Below the pieces are notes generated by a model, which worked only from the letters and a program-made list of their open reading frames with translations, did not search any database and was not told where the DNA came from. A stretch of 64,000 nt of DNA from Candidatus Sericytochromatia bacterium (GTDB taxonomy: Bacteria > Cyanobacteriota > Sericytochromatia > UBA7694 > JACMQJ01), in the NCBI GenBank assembly GCA_046328015.1, contig JAXLXH010000001.1, forward strand, positions 3,374,316-3,438,315, read 5' to 3'. Position numbers and translations under genes: made by a program. This document shows, piece after piece, positions 39,558 through 49,198 of the stretch (positions are counted from its first letter, which is position 1; each line of letters opens with the position of its first letter).

Positions 39558-42500
39558 ATGAAAAAAGATAAAGCAGAACATAACGCATTTAATATCTCTG
39601 AATTAGCAATAAAAAGACCAGTTTCAACAATTATGATGATTTTTACTTTGTTGGTACTGGGCTTTATTTCTTTTTCACGTCTTAGTGTAGAACTCTTCCC
39701 CAATGTTAGTTTTCCTATAGTAGTTATTTCTACTTCTTATGAAGGAGCCTCTTCTAAAGAGATAGAAACCTTAATTTCTAAACCTTTAGAGGATGCAGTA
39801 AGTAGTATAAATGGAATAGAACATATAAGATCTAGTTCTGGAGGCGGTAGTTCTATAGTAATTATAGAATTTAAAATGAGCAAAGATATTAAATATGCAG
39901 TAAATGAAGTAAAAGAAAAAGTTGATTTAGTAAAAAATATTTTACCAAAAGATTTGGAAGCAGATCCTATAGTTATTAGAGTTGACCCTGATGCGGCCCC
40001 TGTAGTTAGCTATGTTGTAGGAGGAGATTATCCTCTAGAAAAAATCACTGATCTTGTTAGATTAACTATAAAACCTCAAATAGAACAAGTTGATGGTGTT
40101 GGTAGCTTAAGTATTTTGGGAGGAAGAGAAAGAGAAGTTTTAGTTGAATTAAATCCAACTTTATTAAAAAAATATGGCTTAAGCATAGCACAAGTTAACC
40201 AAAGAATTAGAGAAGAAAATCTAAATTTACCTAGTGGTTCTATAAAAACTAAAGATTATGATATGTCTATAAGAACCGTAAATGCTTTTAAAACAGCTCA
40301 ACAAGTTTCTGATATCCCAATAAGATTACAGGGTGGCGGAATGATAAAACTTAGAGATTTAGGTAATATTAATGATGGATTTAAAGAACCCAAAAATAAA
40401 GCTTGGTTAAATGATAAAACAGCTTTAGTTATATCTGTTCAAAAGCAATCTGGAACTAACACTATTGAGGTTGTAAAAAAAGTAGATAAAAAACTAGAGC
40501 AAATGAAAAATACATTACCTAAAGGAATAAAAATTGCTAAATCTTTTGATACTTCTCAGTTTGTTATAGAATCTAAAGATGCTGCTATAGATGAATTAAT
40601 AGTAGGATCTATTTTGGCTATTGTTGTAATCTATTTCTTTTTAAGAACCATTGGAGCAACCATAATAGCAGGTTTAGCTATTCCTGCTTCTGTAATCTCA
40701 ACTTTTACTCTTATGTATGCAATGGATTTTTCTTTAAACATAATGTCTCTATTAGGTTTATCATTGGTTGTTGGTATTTTAGTTGATGATGCAGTTGTTG
40801 ATTTAGAAAATATTTATAGAAGAATGGAATTAGGTGAAAATCCTTATATAGCAGCTATAAATGCTACTAATGAAATAGGATTAGCAGTTGTTGCTACAAC
40901 TTTTTCTATTGTTGCAGTATTTGTACCAGTAGGATTTATGACAGGTATTATAGGTCAATTTTTTAAACAATTTGCTTTAACAGTTTCTTTTGCAGTAATG
41001 GTTTCTCTATTAGTTGCAAGAACTTTAACTCCAACATTATCAGCTTATTTTCTAAAACCATTAAGTAAATCTCATGAAGAAGTAACTGGGATGGCTCTTA
41101 TTTATAGAGATATACTTGCTTGGGTTTTAAGAAGAAGATGGCTTTCTATGGTTCTTTTAGTTGTAGTTTTTGTAATAGGTATTTTAATTGTACCTTTAAT
41201 ACCTAAAGGTTTTGTTCCTAAAAATGATAGAAATGAGTTTTCTATAGCATTAAAAATGCCTTCTGGTAGTTCTTTAGAACAAACAGGTTCTGTATTAAGA
41301 GAAATGGCTAAAAGAGTACATACAAATGAAAATGTAAAAGAACTTTTAGTAACAGCAGGTTCTGGAAGAGGGAAAACTGATACTGGTAGTATAGGTGTTA
41401 CACTAAAACGTAGAAATGAAGGTAGAAATAAAACATCTTTTGCTATTATGGATGAAATGAGGCAACAATTAAGATCTATTCCTGGGGCAAAAATTTCTTT
41501 TAGAGAAATGAGAGCTGTTGATGATGGTTCTGGTAATTATATGATGAATTTATCTATTACTTCTCAAAACTTAGATGAAATTCAAAAAGTAGCCGATAAA
41601 GTAGTTGAAAAATTGCATACAATGAAATTTGTTTCAGAATCTGATACTTCTTCTGGCAATCCTCAAACTGAACTACAAATAAAATTAGATCCTAATAAGG
41701 CGGCTTCTATGGGTGTATCTACGGCTGGAATATCTAGTACTATAAAAGCCTCTACTTTTGGAGAATTATCATCAAAACTAAAAATTGATGATAATGATAT
41801 TGATATAAGGGTAAGAATGAATGATGATACTAGATTAAATATAAATAAAGTTAGAGGTTTATTGATACCTACTAATGCCGGGAATATGGTTCCATTAGAA
41901 TCTGTTGCTAGTATAAAGTATGAAACTGGACCAAATGTTATTCAAAGATATGATAGACAAAGACAAATTATTGTTTATGCAAATGCTGTTGATGGTTATT
42001 CTATGAGTCAAATTATAGATCCTGTAGATCAAGAGCTAAAAAAAATGAACTTACCTTCTACAATTAGTTGGAGTTTCACAGGTGATGCAGAAAGAATGGC
42101 AGAATCTTTTAGTGCCTTATTATTTTCTTTGGGTGTAGCTATTATCTTTATTTATATTATTTTAGCTTCTCAATTTGAACACTTTGCACATCCTTTTACT
42201 ATTATGATGGCAATGCCTTTATCTTTTATAGGAGCTTTTTTAGGATTATTTATAGCTAATGAAGAATTAGGTATGATGTCTATGATAGGGGTTGTTATGT
42301 TAATGGGATTAGTTGTAAAAAACTCTATTCTTTTAGTAGATTATACTATTCAAATGAGAAAACAAGGAATGGAAAGAAAAGAAGCTCTTTTAACTGCTGG
42401 AGCAGTAAGGTTAAGACCTATTTTGATGACTACTGTAGCAATGATAGCTGGTATGTTTCCTATTGCTTTAAGATTAACTCCTGGTTCAGAAGGTCGTTCT

Positions 42501-42686
42501 CCTATGGCTGTTGCTGTAATAGGAGGGTTGATTACATCTACTATTTTATCGCTTTTAGTAATACCTGTTTTTTATACTTTTATGGATGATTTTATTGCAT
42601 GGACTGCTAGAATAACTGGTATAAAAATTAATAGACCTGAAGATCAAGTTGAAATAGTTGATTTAGAAGTTATAAGTGAAAAATAG
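39558..42686 (+). CDS. RND family efflux transporter (AcrB/HAE1-like)
   Basis: The protein is 1042 aa with 12 TM helices and two large periplasmic loops, and has typical AcrB-type conservation such as FVPVGFMTGIIGQFF. Confidence 0.9.
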   Translation: MKKDKAEHNAFNISELAIKRPVSTIMMIFTLLVLGFISFSRLSVELFPNVSFPIVVISTSYEGASSKEIETLISKPLEDAVSSINGIEHIRSSSGGGSSIVIIEFKMSKDIKYAVNEVKEKVDLVKNILPKDLEADPIVIRVDPDAAPVVSYVVGGDYPLEKITDLVRLTIKPQIEQVDGVGSLSILGGREREVLVELNPTLLKKYGLSIAQVNQRIREENLNLPSGSIKTKDYDMSIRTVNAFKTAQQVSDIPIRLQGGGMIKLRDLGNINDGFKEPKNKAWLNDKTALVISVQKQSGTNTIEVVKKVDKKLEQMKNTLPKGIKIAKSFDTSQFVIESKDAAIDELIVGSILAIVVIYFFLRTIGATIIAGLAIPASVISTFTLMYAMDFSLNIMSLLGLSLVVGILVDDAVVDLENIYRRMELGENPYIAAINATNEIGLAVVATTFSIVAVFVPVGFMTGIIGQFFKQFALTVSFAVMVSLLVARTLTPTLSAYFLKPLSKSHEEVTGMALIYRDILAWVLRRRWLSMVLLVVVFVIGILIVPLIPKGFVPKNDRNEFSIALKMPSGSSLEQTGSVLREMAKRVHTNENVKELLVTAGSGRGKTDTGSIGVTLKRRNEGRNKTSFAIMDEMRQQLRSIPGAKISFREMRAVDDGSGNYMMNLSITSQNLDEIQKVADKVVEKLHTMKFVSESDTSSGNPQTELQIKLDPNKAASMGVSTAGISSTIKASTFGELSSKLKIDDNDIDIRVRMNDDTRLNINKVRGLLIPTNAGNMVPLESVASIKYETGPNVIQRYDRQRQIIVYANAVDGYSMSQIIDPVDQELKKMNLPSTISWSFTGDAERMAESFSALLFSLGVAIIFIYIILASQFEHFAHPFTIMMAMPLSFIGAFLGLFIANEELGMMSMIGVVMLMGLVVKNSILLVDYTIQMRKQGMERKEALLTAGAVRLRPILMTTVAMIAGMFPIALRLTPGSEGRSPMAVAVIGGLITSTILSLLVIPVFYTFMDDFIAWTARITGIKINRPEDQVEIVDLEVISEK

Positions 42687-42695
42687 ACTATATTA

Positions 42696-44510
42696 TTAAA
42701 AGCTAATTTTACTTAAACCATCAATAAAATTAAAAAGTTCTACATCTACCTTTTTTAATAACTCTTGAGTATTTTTACCTGTAGCTTTAGAAGTAACTTT
42801 TTCTTGAGTAGAAACATAAGCTTCAATTCCTTGTGCAAAATATTCTAGTTCATTAGTAGCCGCATAATAATCTAAAAATTGATTTTTAGTTTTAGCTGAA
42901 TTATATAAGCTAGTAATTTTAGTTTTTTCTTCTTGGGTTAAATTATTATGTAATAAATGACCAAATTCATGTGCTAATGTATTTTTATTTAGATAAATAG
43001 CACCTACTAAGGCTTCTACTCCAATTCCTGTATTTTCTCCACTAAAACCTCTAGTATCATCCCAAAGTCTTCCATCAAAAGTTCTTTGGTTTTTTAAATA
43101 ATTACCATAAATACTATCAGTTATCCTTTCATACATAGGAGAAATATAAAACTTAGCTTTTTGATTAGAAATTTTAGCTAAATATTTACTAAAAGGAGCT
43201 ACTGAAAATAAAACTACTTTTTGATGTTCTGTAGCTAAATTATCATAATTAACAAAGATTTTTTTTACTTCTTCAAGATTTATTTTTGAAGTATCTAAAG
43301 TATTAAAATTTAATTTTTTTATTCTTACTTTTTGCATTCTTGTTTTCATTAATAAAGATTCAGCTAAACCAAAATTTGCTAAACCATATAAATTATCTAT
43401 TTTTAAAGCCTTAACATAACTTTCTACGGCTTTATCATAATTTTCTATTGTGTAATAAAAAGCGCCTTCTTGTATATAAGAATGTATATTATTGGGATAT
43501 TTAGTTTTTAATAATTCTAATTCATTTATAGCTTGATTTAAAGCTCCATTTCTATATAATTTTATAGCTTTTTCACCCGTTTCAAAAAATATCTTTTCTG
43601 GTTTTAAATTACTATTTTTATTTTCTATTTCTTCATAAGTAGTATTATTCATACCACTACCAAAACAAGTTCTAGCTAAAACATCATAAGGATTAATTTC
43701 TAAGGCTTTTTTATTATAATTTATACTTTTTTCTACATTATCTTTATCAAAAGTAATAAAACCTAATAAAGACTGAGCTTTCCAAAAAGAAGGATTAAAT
43801 TTTATACATTTTTCTAAATATTCTTTGGCTTTATCTAAATTACTATTATCAAATTCCACTTGAGCTAAGTAATACAAAGAAAAAGGTTCTTTTTCATCTA
43901 TTTTTAAAACTTCATTAAATAAACTTCTAATTTCATCAAAATTATTGGTACTATAATATTTATTTATTCCTTTTATTATATTAGATGTTTTTATATCCGT
44001 TTTGTTATAAATTTCTCTAGTTATATTATCATAATAAGGTTTATCATTTAAAACACCAGCTATTTCAGTTCTTTTTATATAAGCATCATAGTTAGTTGTT
44101 TTTTCAAAATAATTTAAAGCTATTTTATAATTAACTTTATTTTTATTTATATCACCTAAAATATAGTTACAATCAGAATTATTCGGGTTATTTTTTAAAA
44201 CTTCAAAACATACTTTTTCAGCATCATCAAATTTCCCTTTATCTTTATAATAAAAAGCTTTTTCCTCATCTGTTTTGAATGCTTTTATCTCATTATCAGT
44301 TATATTATTATTTACTTCAACTTTTGTATTATCTTCAATTTTTTTTACTTCATTAGTTGTTTTTTCATCTATTTTAATTGGAGTATTAGGAGAACTTGAA
44401 ATTATTGGGGTAGGAGTTTTTTTGTCTTCAATTGTTTTATTAATAACATTTGTAGTACAAGACGTTAATAAAATAAAACTCAATAAAATACTTTTTTTTA
44501 AATTAATCAT
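42696..44510 (-). CDS. TPR-repeat lipoprotein with a C-terminal HEXXH zinc-metallopeptidase-like domain
   Basis: The lipobox is LLTSCTTN. Multiple TPR-like helical repeats are followed by AHEFGHLLHN (HExxH) near the C-terminus. Confidence 0.55.
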   Translation of the reverse strand: MINLKKSILLSFILLTSCTTNVINKTIEDKKTPTPIISSSPNTPIKIDEKTTNEVKKIEDNTKVEVNNNITDNEIKAFKTDEEKAFYYKDKGKFDDAEKVCFEVLKNNPNNSDCNYILGDINKNKVNYKIALNYFEKTTNYDAYIKRTEIAGVLNDKPYYDNITREIYNKTDIKTSNIIKGINKYYSTNNFDEIRSLFNEVLKIDEKEPFSLYYLAQVEFDNSNLDKAKEYLEKCIKFNPSFWKAQSLLGFITFDKDNVEKSINYNKKALEINPYDVLARTCFGSGMNNTTYEEIENKNSNLKPEKIFFETGEKAIKLYRNGALNQAINELELLKTKYPNNIHSYIQEGAFYYTIENYDKAVESYVKALKIDNLYGLANFGLAESLLMKTRMQKVRIKKLNFNTLDTSKINLEEVKKIFVNYDNLATEHQKVVLFSVAPFSKYLAKISNQKAKFYISPMYERITDSIYGNYLKNQRTFDGRLWDDTRGFSGENTGIGVEALVGAIYLNKNTLAHEFGHLLHNNLTQEEKTKITSLYNSAKTKNQFLDYYAATNELEYFAQGIEAYVSTQEKVTSKATGKNTQELLKKVDVELFNFIDGLSKISF

Positions 44511-44518
44511 ATCTATTT

Positions 44519-44989
44519 TTAAATTAATCCTTTTTTTAATCTATCTTTTAAAGCTTCAATTTCTAATTTAGAATACATACCATCAAAAAAATAGCCCGAA
44601 AATAAATTTATAGATTTAGCTTTTTTTAATTTTATTTCTATATCATAATGAATACTTCCACCTTCATTATCACCTAGTTCTATTATACTCATATCTGAAA
44701 TATCATTGAATTTTATATTAGTAATATCTTCTTTAAAACGGTTTTGGGTTATAAAAGTAATATTTTTATTTTTTTTATCAATAATAATCTTCCTTTTACC
44801 TACAAAAATTAAAGAAAAAAATGAGATAATACTGATTAAAACTCCTAAAATAAACCCACTAAATATCTCATTTATTTCTGAAAAACTAAAATTTTTACAT
44901 AGAAAAATTAGAATAAGACCTACTCCTAATAATAGAAAAGAAATTAAAAATTGTTTTTGATAATTACTTTCTAAAATTATTTTATCCAT
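44519..44989 (-). CDS. Small membrane protein, possibly an NfeD-like partner of the upstream SPFH protein
   Basis: Two N-terminal TM helices are followed by a roughly 85-aa soluble C-terminal domain. It is co-oriented with, and downstream of, the SPFH gene. Confidence 0.35.
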   Translation of the reverse strand: MDKIILESNYQKQFLISFLLLGVGLILIFLCKNFSFSEINEIFSGFILGVLISIISFFSLIFVGKRKIIIDKKNKNITFITQNRFKEDITNIKFNDISDMSIIELGDNEGGSIHYDIEIKLKKAKSINLFSGYFFDGMYSKLEIEALKDRLKKGLI

Positions 44990-44992
44990 AAT

Positions 44993-45161
44993 ATTATTCT
45001 TCTTTTTGCTCTTCAGGTATTCTTTTTGATTTTTTTAGAGCGTCTCTGAGTATATATTCTATATGCCCATTAACGCTTCTAAATTCATCATTAGCCCATT
45101 TTTCAAGAGCATCAAATACCTTTTTATCTATTCTAAGTAAAAATTGCTTTTTCTCACTCAT
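44993..45161 (-). pseudogene. Arc-family ribbon-helix-helix DNA-binding protein gene, disrupted by a +1 frameshift in an A6 run (not in the ORF track)
   Basis: An ATG at 45159-45161 encodes MSEKKQFLLRIDKK, then the A6 run at 45120-45125 shifts the frame. The remainder (VFDALEKWANDEFRSVNGHIEYILRDALKK…) aligns with P22 Arc (QFNLRWPREVLDLVRKVAEENGRSVNSEIYQRV). Confidence 0.5.
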
Positions 45162-45163
45162 TT

Positions 45164-46030
45164 TTAATATATTGTTCCAGTATTAATAACAGGTTTAGTT
45201 TCATTTTCAGATACTAATGTTACCAAAAGATTATTAACCATGATAGCTTTTCTTTCATTATCCAAATCAACTATATTGTGTTCAGATAGTTTTTGTAAAG
45301 CCATATCTACCATAGATACTGCACCTTCAACAATAGTTTTTCTTGCTGCAATAATAGCTTGTGCTTGTTGTCTTCTTAACATGGCTTGAGCTATTTCTGG
45401 GGAATAAGCCAAGTGAGTTAATTTAGCGTCTATTACTTCTATTCCTGCATCTTTTAAAATTTTAGATAGTTCTTTTTTTAGTGTATCACAAACTTGATCT
45501 GTACTACCTCTTAATGATATTTCATGATTTTCTGCATCATAAGGATAATGACTAGCTAAAAATCTAATAGCTGTTTCACTTTGTGTAGCAACGTAATCTT
45601 CATAAAGCTCTACATCAAAAACCGCTTTTGCAGCACTATAAACTCTCCAAGTTATTACACCTCCTATTTCTATAGGGTTTCCGTGTAAATCATTAACTTT
45701 TAATTTTGGGCTTTCGAAATTTCTAGCTTTTAATGATACTGTTTGTCCCATCGAAAAAGGCATTTTATACCAAAAACCATTATCTTTTATAGTTCCTATA
45801 TATTTACCAAAAAAAGTTAATACTGAAGCTTGATTTGGTTTTACAATAGAAAAACCATTTAATAAGACTCCTAATATTGCAAGTAAAACTATATTAAATA
45901 TAGGTGGTGCTTGATTTCTACTTGCATATTGTATAAACATATAAACCAAAAAAGCGGCTAATCCTAAAAAAAATATAAAAACTAGGAATCCATTTACTTT
46001 TAGTGCGTTTTTCTCAATACTGATATTCAT
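45164..46030 (-). CDS. SPFH/Band-7 domain membrane protein
   Basis: An N-terminal TM helix is followed by the hallmarks of an SPFH-like domain (…VLTFFGKY…, a C-terminal helical region). Confidence 0.55.
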   Translation of the reverse strand: MNISIEKNALKVNGFLVFIFFLGLAAFLVYMFIQYASRNQAPPIFNIVLLAILGVLLNGFSIVKPNQASVLTFFGKYIGTIKDNGFWYKMPFSMGQTVSLKARNFESPKLKVNDLHGNPIEIGGVITWRVYSAAKAVFDVELYEDYVATQSETAIRFLASHYPYDAENHEISLRGSTDQVCDTLKKELSKILKDAGIEVIDAKLTHLAYSPEIAQAMLRRQQAQAIIAARKTIVEGAVSMVDMALQKLSEHNIVDLDNERKAIMVNNLLVTLVSENETKPVINTGTIY

Positions 46031-46129
46031 TTTTTTACCTCCATGATATTAAAGTGATATCATATTAATATTATAATGCTATTATTTTTTTTTTACAAGT
46101 AGTTTTTACTTTCCTATTATTTTTTAATG

Positions 46130-46199
46130 AATTTAAGACGAGGGTCTCTTGCCTCCGTAACCCCTGAAACAACAAAGCCTAACTCTGAGATCTTCTCTA
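46130..46199 (+). promoter_or_regulatory. GC-rich conserved 5' element, copy B (AATTTAAGAC…CCGTAACCCCTGAAAC-N12-CTCTGAG-N3-TTCTCTA), upstream of photolyase
   Basis: The termini and bipartite motif are shared with 7294..7398, with identical 12-nt spacing and a different spacer sequence. The element ends about 130 nt upstream of the photolyase ATG. Confidence 0.4.
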
Positions 46200-46329
46200 G
46201 TAAGCATAATTGCTTATAACTTACAAAAACTTTAAAGTTAAAATTTATATATTTAGCTACAATTATCTTTGTTTTTAGGTTTTAGAATAAATAAGTATAA
46301 AATAACTATTTTATTAAAAAGAGCTTGTT

Positions 46330-47643
46330 ATGAAAAGAAGTATTTTTTGGTTTAGAAGAGATTTAAGAGTAGAAGATAATATTGGTTTATATAATGCTAT
46401 TAAAAATAGTTATGAAATTATACCAATTTTTATTTTTGATGAGGATATTTTAAATAAATCACCTAAAAATGATCAAAGATTAGGATTTTTAATAGAATTA
46501 CTAAAAAAATTAGAACAAGATTTAAAAAAATTAGGTTCTTATTTATTAGTATTAAAAGGTAAAAGAGAAGAAGTAATAAAAAAACTAGTTCAAGATTATG
46601 ATATTTCGGGTATTTATACTAATAAATCTTATAGTTTGAGTACTATAAAACTAGATAATAATGTAAAAGCTTTTTGCGAAGATAAAAATATTGATTTTTT
46701 AGAATATGAAGATTCTATTTTAGTTCCTATAAATAAAGTTCCTGTTAGAAAAGTGTTTACACCTTTTTATAAATTATGGCAAAAAGAAATTACTGATTTT
46801 GATAATAATGAAATTTCAATTATAAAATCTCCTAAGATAGACATAATACCACTTGAAAATATTATTAAAGATATTTCTTATAGTGAATCTAAATACTGGA
46901 AACCTGATTTTATACATAATAGATTAGATAATTTTAATTTTGAAGATTATAAAGAAACTAGAAATTTTCCAGATAAAGATGGTACGTCTAAAATATCTCC
47001 ATATATAAGATTTGGAAATGTTTCCATTAGAAAAATATATCAAAAAACTAGAATTTCAGAAACTTTTGTAAGTGAGTTAGCATGGAGAGAGTTTTGGTAT
47101 CATATTATTCATCATTTTCCAGAAACTGAAAACATAGAATTTCAAGAAAAAAGAAGAAACATTGCTTGGTTGAATAATGAAAAACATTTAGAGGCTTGGC
47201 AAGAAGGTAAAACTGGTTATCCTATTGTAGATGCAGGAATGAGACAATTAAAAGAAGAAGGTTGGATGCATAATAGAGTTAGAATGATAGTAGCTTCTTT
47301 TTTAACAAAAGATCTAATTATAGATTGGAGAGAAGGTGAAAAACATTTTGCTAAATATTTAATTGATTATGATGAAAACGTTAATATAGGTAATTGGCAA
47401 TGGTCTTCTTCTGTTGGAGCAGATCCAAAACCATTAAGGATTTTTAGCCCTTTTATTCAATCAGAAAAATTTGATCCTGATTGTGTTTATATCAAAAAAT
47501 ATATTCCCGAATTAAAAAATGAATCTAATGATAGAATTCATAATCCTATAAAATATAAATTAAATTATTTTTCTCCTATAGTAGATCATTCTGAAATGAT
47601 AAAAATAACTAAAAGCTTATATATGAATTACGATTTGGATTAA
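46330..47643 (+). CDS. phr: Deoxyribodipyrimidine photolyase (class I CPD photolyase/cryptochrome family)
   Basis: The N-terminal FWFRRDLRVEDN and the FAD-binding domain motifs (LAWREFW, GYPIVDAGMRQL, WMHNRVRMIVASFL, DENVNIGNWQW) are all present. Confidence 0.85.
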   Translation: MKRSIFWFRRDLRVEDNIGLYNAIKNSYEIIPIFIFDEDILNKSPKNDQRLGFLIELLKKLEQDLKKLGSYLLVLKGKREEVIKKLVQDYDISGIYTNKSYSLSTIKLDNNVKAFCEDKNIDFLEYEDSILVPINKVPVRKVFTPFYKLWQKEITDFDNNEISIIKSPKIDIIPLENIIKDISYSESKYWKPDFIHNRLDNFNFEDYKETRNFPDKDGTSKISPYIRFGNVSIRKIYQKTRISETFVSELAWREFWYHIIHHFPETENIEFQEKRRNIAWLNNEKHLEAWQEGKTGYPIVDAGMRQLKEEGWMHNRVRMIVASFLTKDLIIDWREGEKHFAKYLIDYDENVNIGNWQWSSSVGADPKPLRIFSPFIQSEKFDPDCVYIKKYIPELKNESNDRIHNPIKYKLNYFSPIVDHSEMIKITKSLYMNYDLD

Positions 47644-47883
47644 ATTTAATATTTTTCATTTCTTTTCCTTTTGTACGAATCAGGATTATCAGTATTAAAA
47701 GATTAACAGGATTATTATAGCATTTTTAATATAATAAAAACTCGTTTTTTTGTTTCATTTTGTAGTAAACGCAAGGCTTACCACTACATTTCACAACTAC
47801 TTTTAAATTTTAAATTCTAACTATTAACGATTGTCTAGTGAGCCTGTCGAAGTATCACTGTTTACAATTAGCTTTTCCTATAC

Positions 47884-47911
47884 TTCTAACTTCTAACTTT
47901 TAACTTCTAAC
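47884..47911. repeat. Heptamer tandem repeat (TTCTAAC/TTTTAAC) x4 in a 355-nt non-coding spacer
   Basis: The sequence reads ttctaac ttctaac ttttaac ttctaac. Confidence 0.6.
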
Positions 47912-47998
47912 TATTCTTCCTTATAAAAAGTACTAACCACACCATCAGGAGTAATTTTTCTTATTGCATTATTTCCTGTGTTTGCTATGTATATTAGC

Positions 47999-48784
47999 TT
48001 ATTTCAAAAATTCTTTTAAAATAACAAAAATACCCATTATTAATACAAAATATCCAAAGGCAGGTTTTAATTTTTCGCTAGAAATAAATTTTGCTATATA
48101 ATTTCCTATTATTACTCCAAATACAGTAAAAGAACAAAAATATAATAAAAAATTCCAATCTATATTTTTATTAGAAATAATATCACCTAAAAATCCAAAT
48201 GAAGAATTTATAGCAATAATAAAAAGAGATGTAGCAACAGCTTTTTTCATTTCTAGTTTTAAAGACAAGGCTAAAACAGGTATTATCATAAAACCGCCAC
48301 CAGCACCTACAAAACCAGTTACTCCACCTACTCCGAAACCTTTTAGCATAATTTCACTTATAGAAGAATTTTTAACATAACTTTGTACTTTTTCCTTTTT
48401 TATCATAGAAAAAGAAGCTAACAACATAATTATTCCAAAAAAGGTAATTACTAAGCTATCTTTAGTTAAATTAAAAAAACTAGTCGCCAATATTTTTTCT
48501 GGTATGCTTGGTAATAATATTTTTCTTGATAATAATAATCCTAATATTGAAGGTATGGAAAAAAAGAAACCTGTTTTAAATTCAACTAGTTTTTCTTTAT
48601 TATAAAAACTAACTCCAAATATACTGGTTAATCCAACTATAAAAAGAGAATATGAAGTTGCTAAAACAGGTGGTATTTTAAAAATATAAACTAAAGTAGG
48701 AATTGTAAGGATTGCTCCTCCGCCTCCCAAAACACAACTTATAACACCAATTAATATTGCTATAAAATAACCTAAAAAAATCAT
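47999..48784 (-). CDS. TauE/SafE family (DUF81) sulfite/organosulfur exporter-like membrane protein
   Basis: The protein has the two-repeat 4+4 TM layout and the GGGxGGG motifs typical of TauE/SafE. Confidence 0.75.
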   Translation of the reverse strand: MIFLGYFIAILIGVISCVLGGGGAILTIPTLVYIFKIPPVLATSYSLFIVGLTSIFGVSFYNKEKLVEFKTGFFFSIPSILGLLLSRKILLPSIPEKILATSFFNLTKDSLVITFFGIIMLLASFSMIKKEKVQSYVKNSSISEIMLKGFGVGGVTGFVGAGGGFMIIPVLALSLKLEMKKAVATSLFIIAINSSFGFLGDIISNKNIDWNFLLYFCSFTVFGVIIGNYIAKFISSEKLKPAFGYFVLIMGIFVILKEFLK

Positions 48785-49197
48785 TTATTTAAAATTTTAT
48801 CATTAACTAAAAAACCTATAATCATAAAAAAAACAAAAACAAATATCATCGGATTTCCAGTTGAAAGATTAGTAATAGCAGGTCCAGGGCATAAGCCACC
48901 TAAACCCCAACCAATACCAAAGATAATTGCGCCTAGTATTAGTTTAACATCAAGTTCTTTTTTTGTGGGTAAAGCTAATTTATTTCCGAAAAAAGATGTT
49001 TCTCTTTTTGTTATAAAAGGAAATAAAAAGAATGTAACTGTAACCGCTCCGCCTAAAACAAACATTAAAGAACCATCCCAATTACCAAAAATATCTAAAA
49101 AACCTTTTACTTTTTTAATATCCGTCATTCCTGATATAGATAAACCAATACCAAAAATGATTCCTGATAATAAAGCAACTAATTTTTCTTTATTCAT
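48781..49197 (-). CDS. YeeE/YedE family (sulfur-transport) membrane protein, half-size
   Basis: The gene encodes a roughly 138-aa, 4-TM unit, paired with the adjacent gene. Confidence 0.6.
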   Translation of the reverse strand: MNKEKLVALLSGIIFGIGLSISGMTDIKKVKGFLDIFGNWDGSLMFVLGGAVTVTFFLFPFITKRETSFFGNKLALPTKKELDVKLILGAIIFGIGWGLGGLCPGPAITNLSTGNPMIFVFVFFMIIGFLVNDKILNK

Positions 49198-49198
49198 A

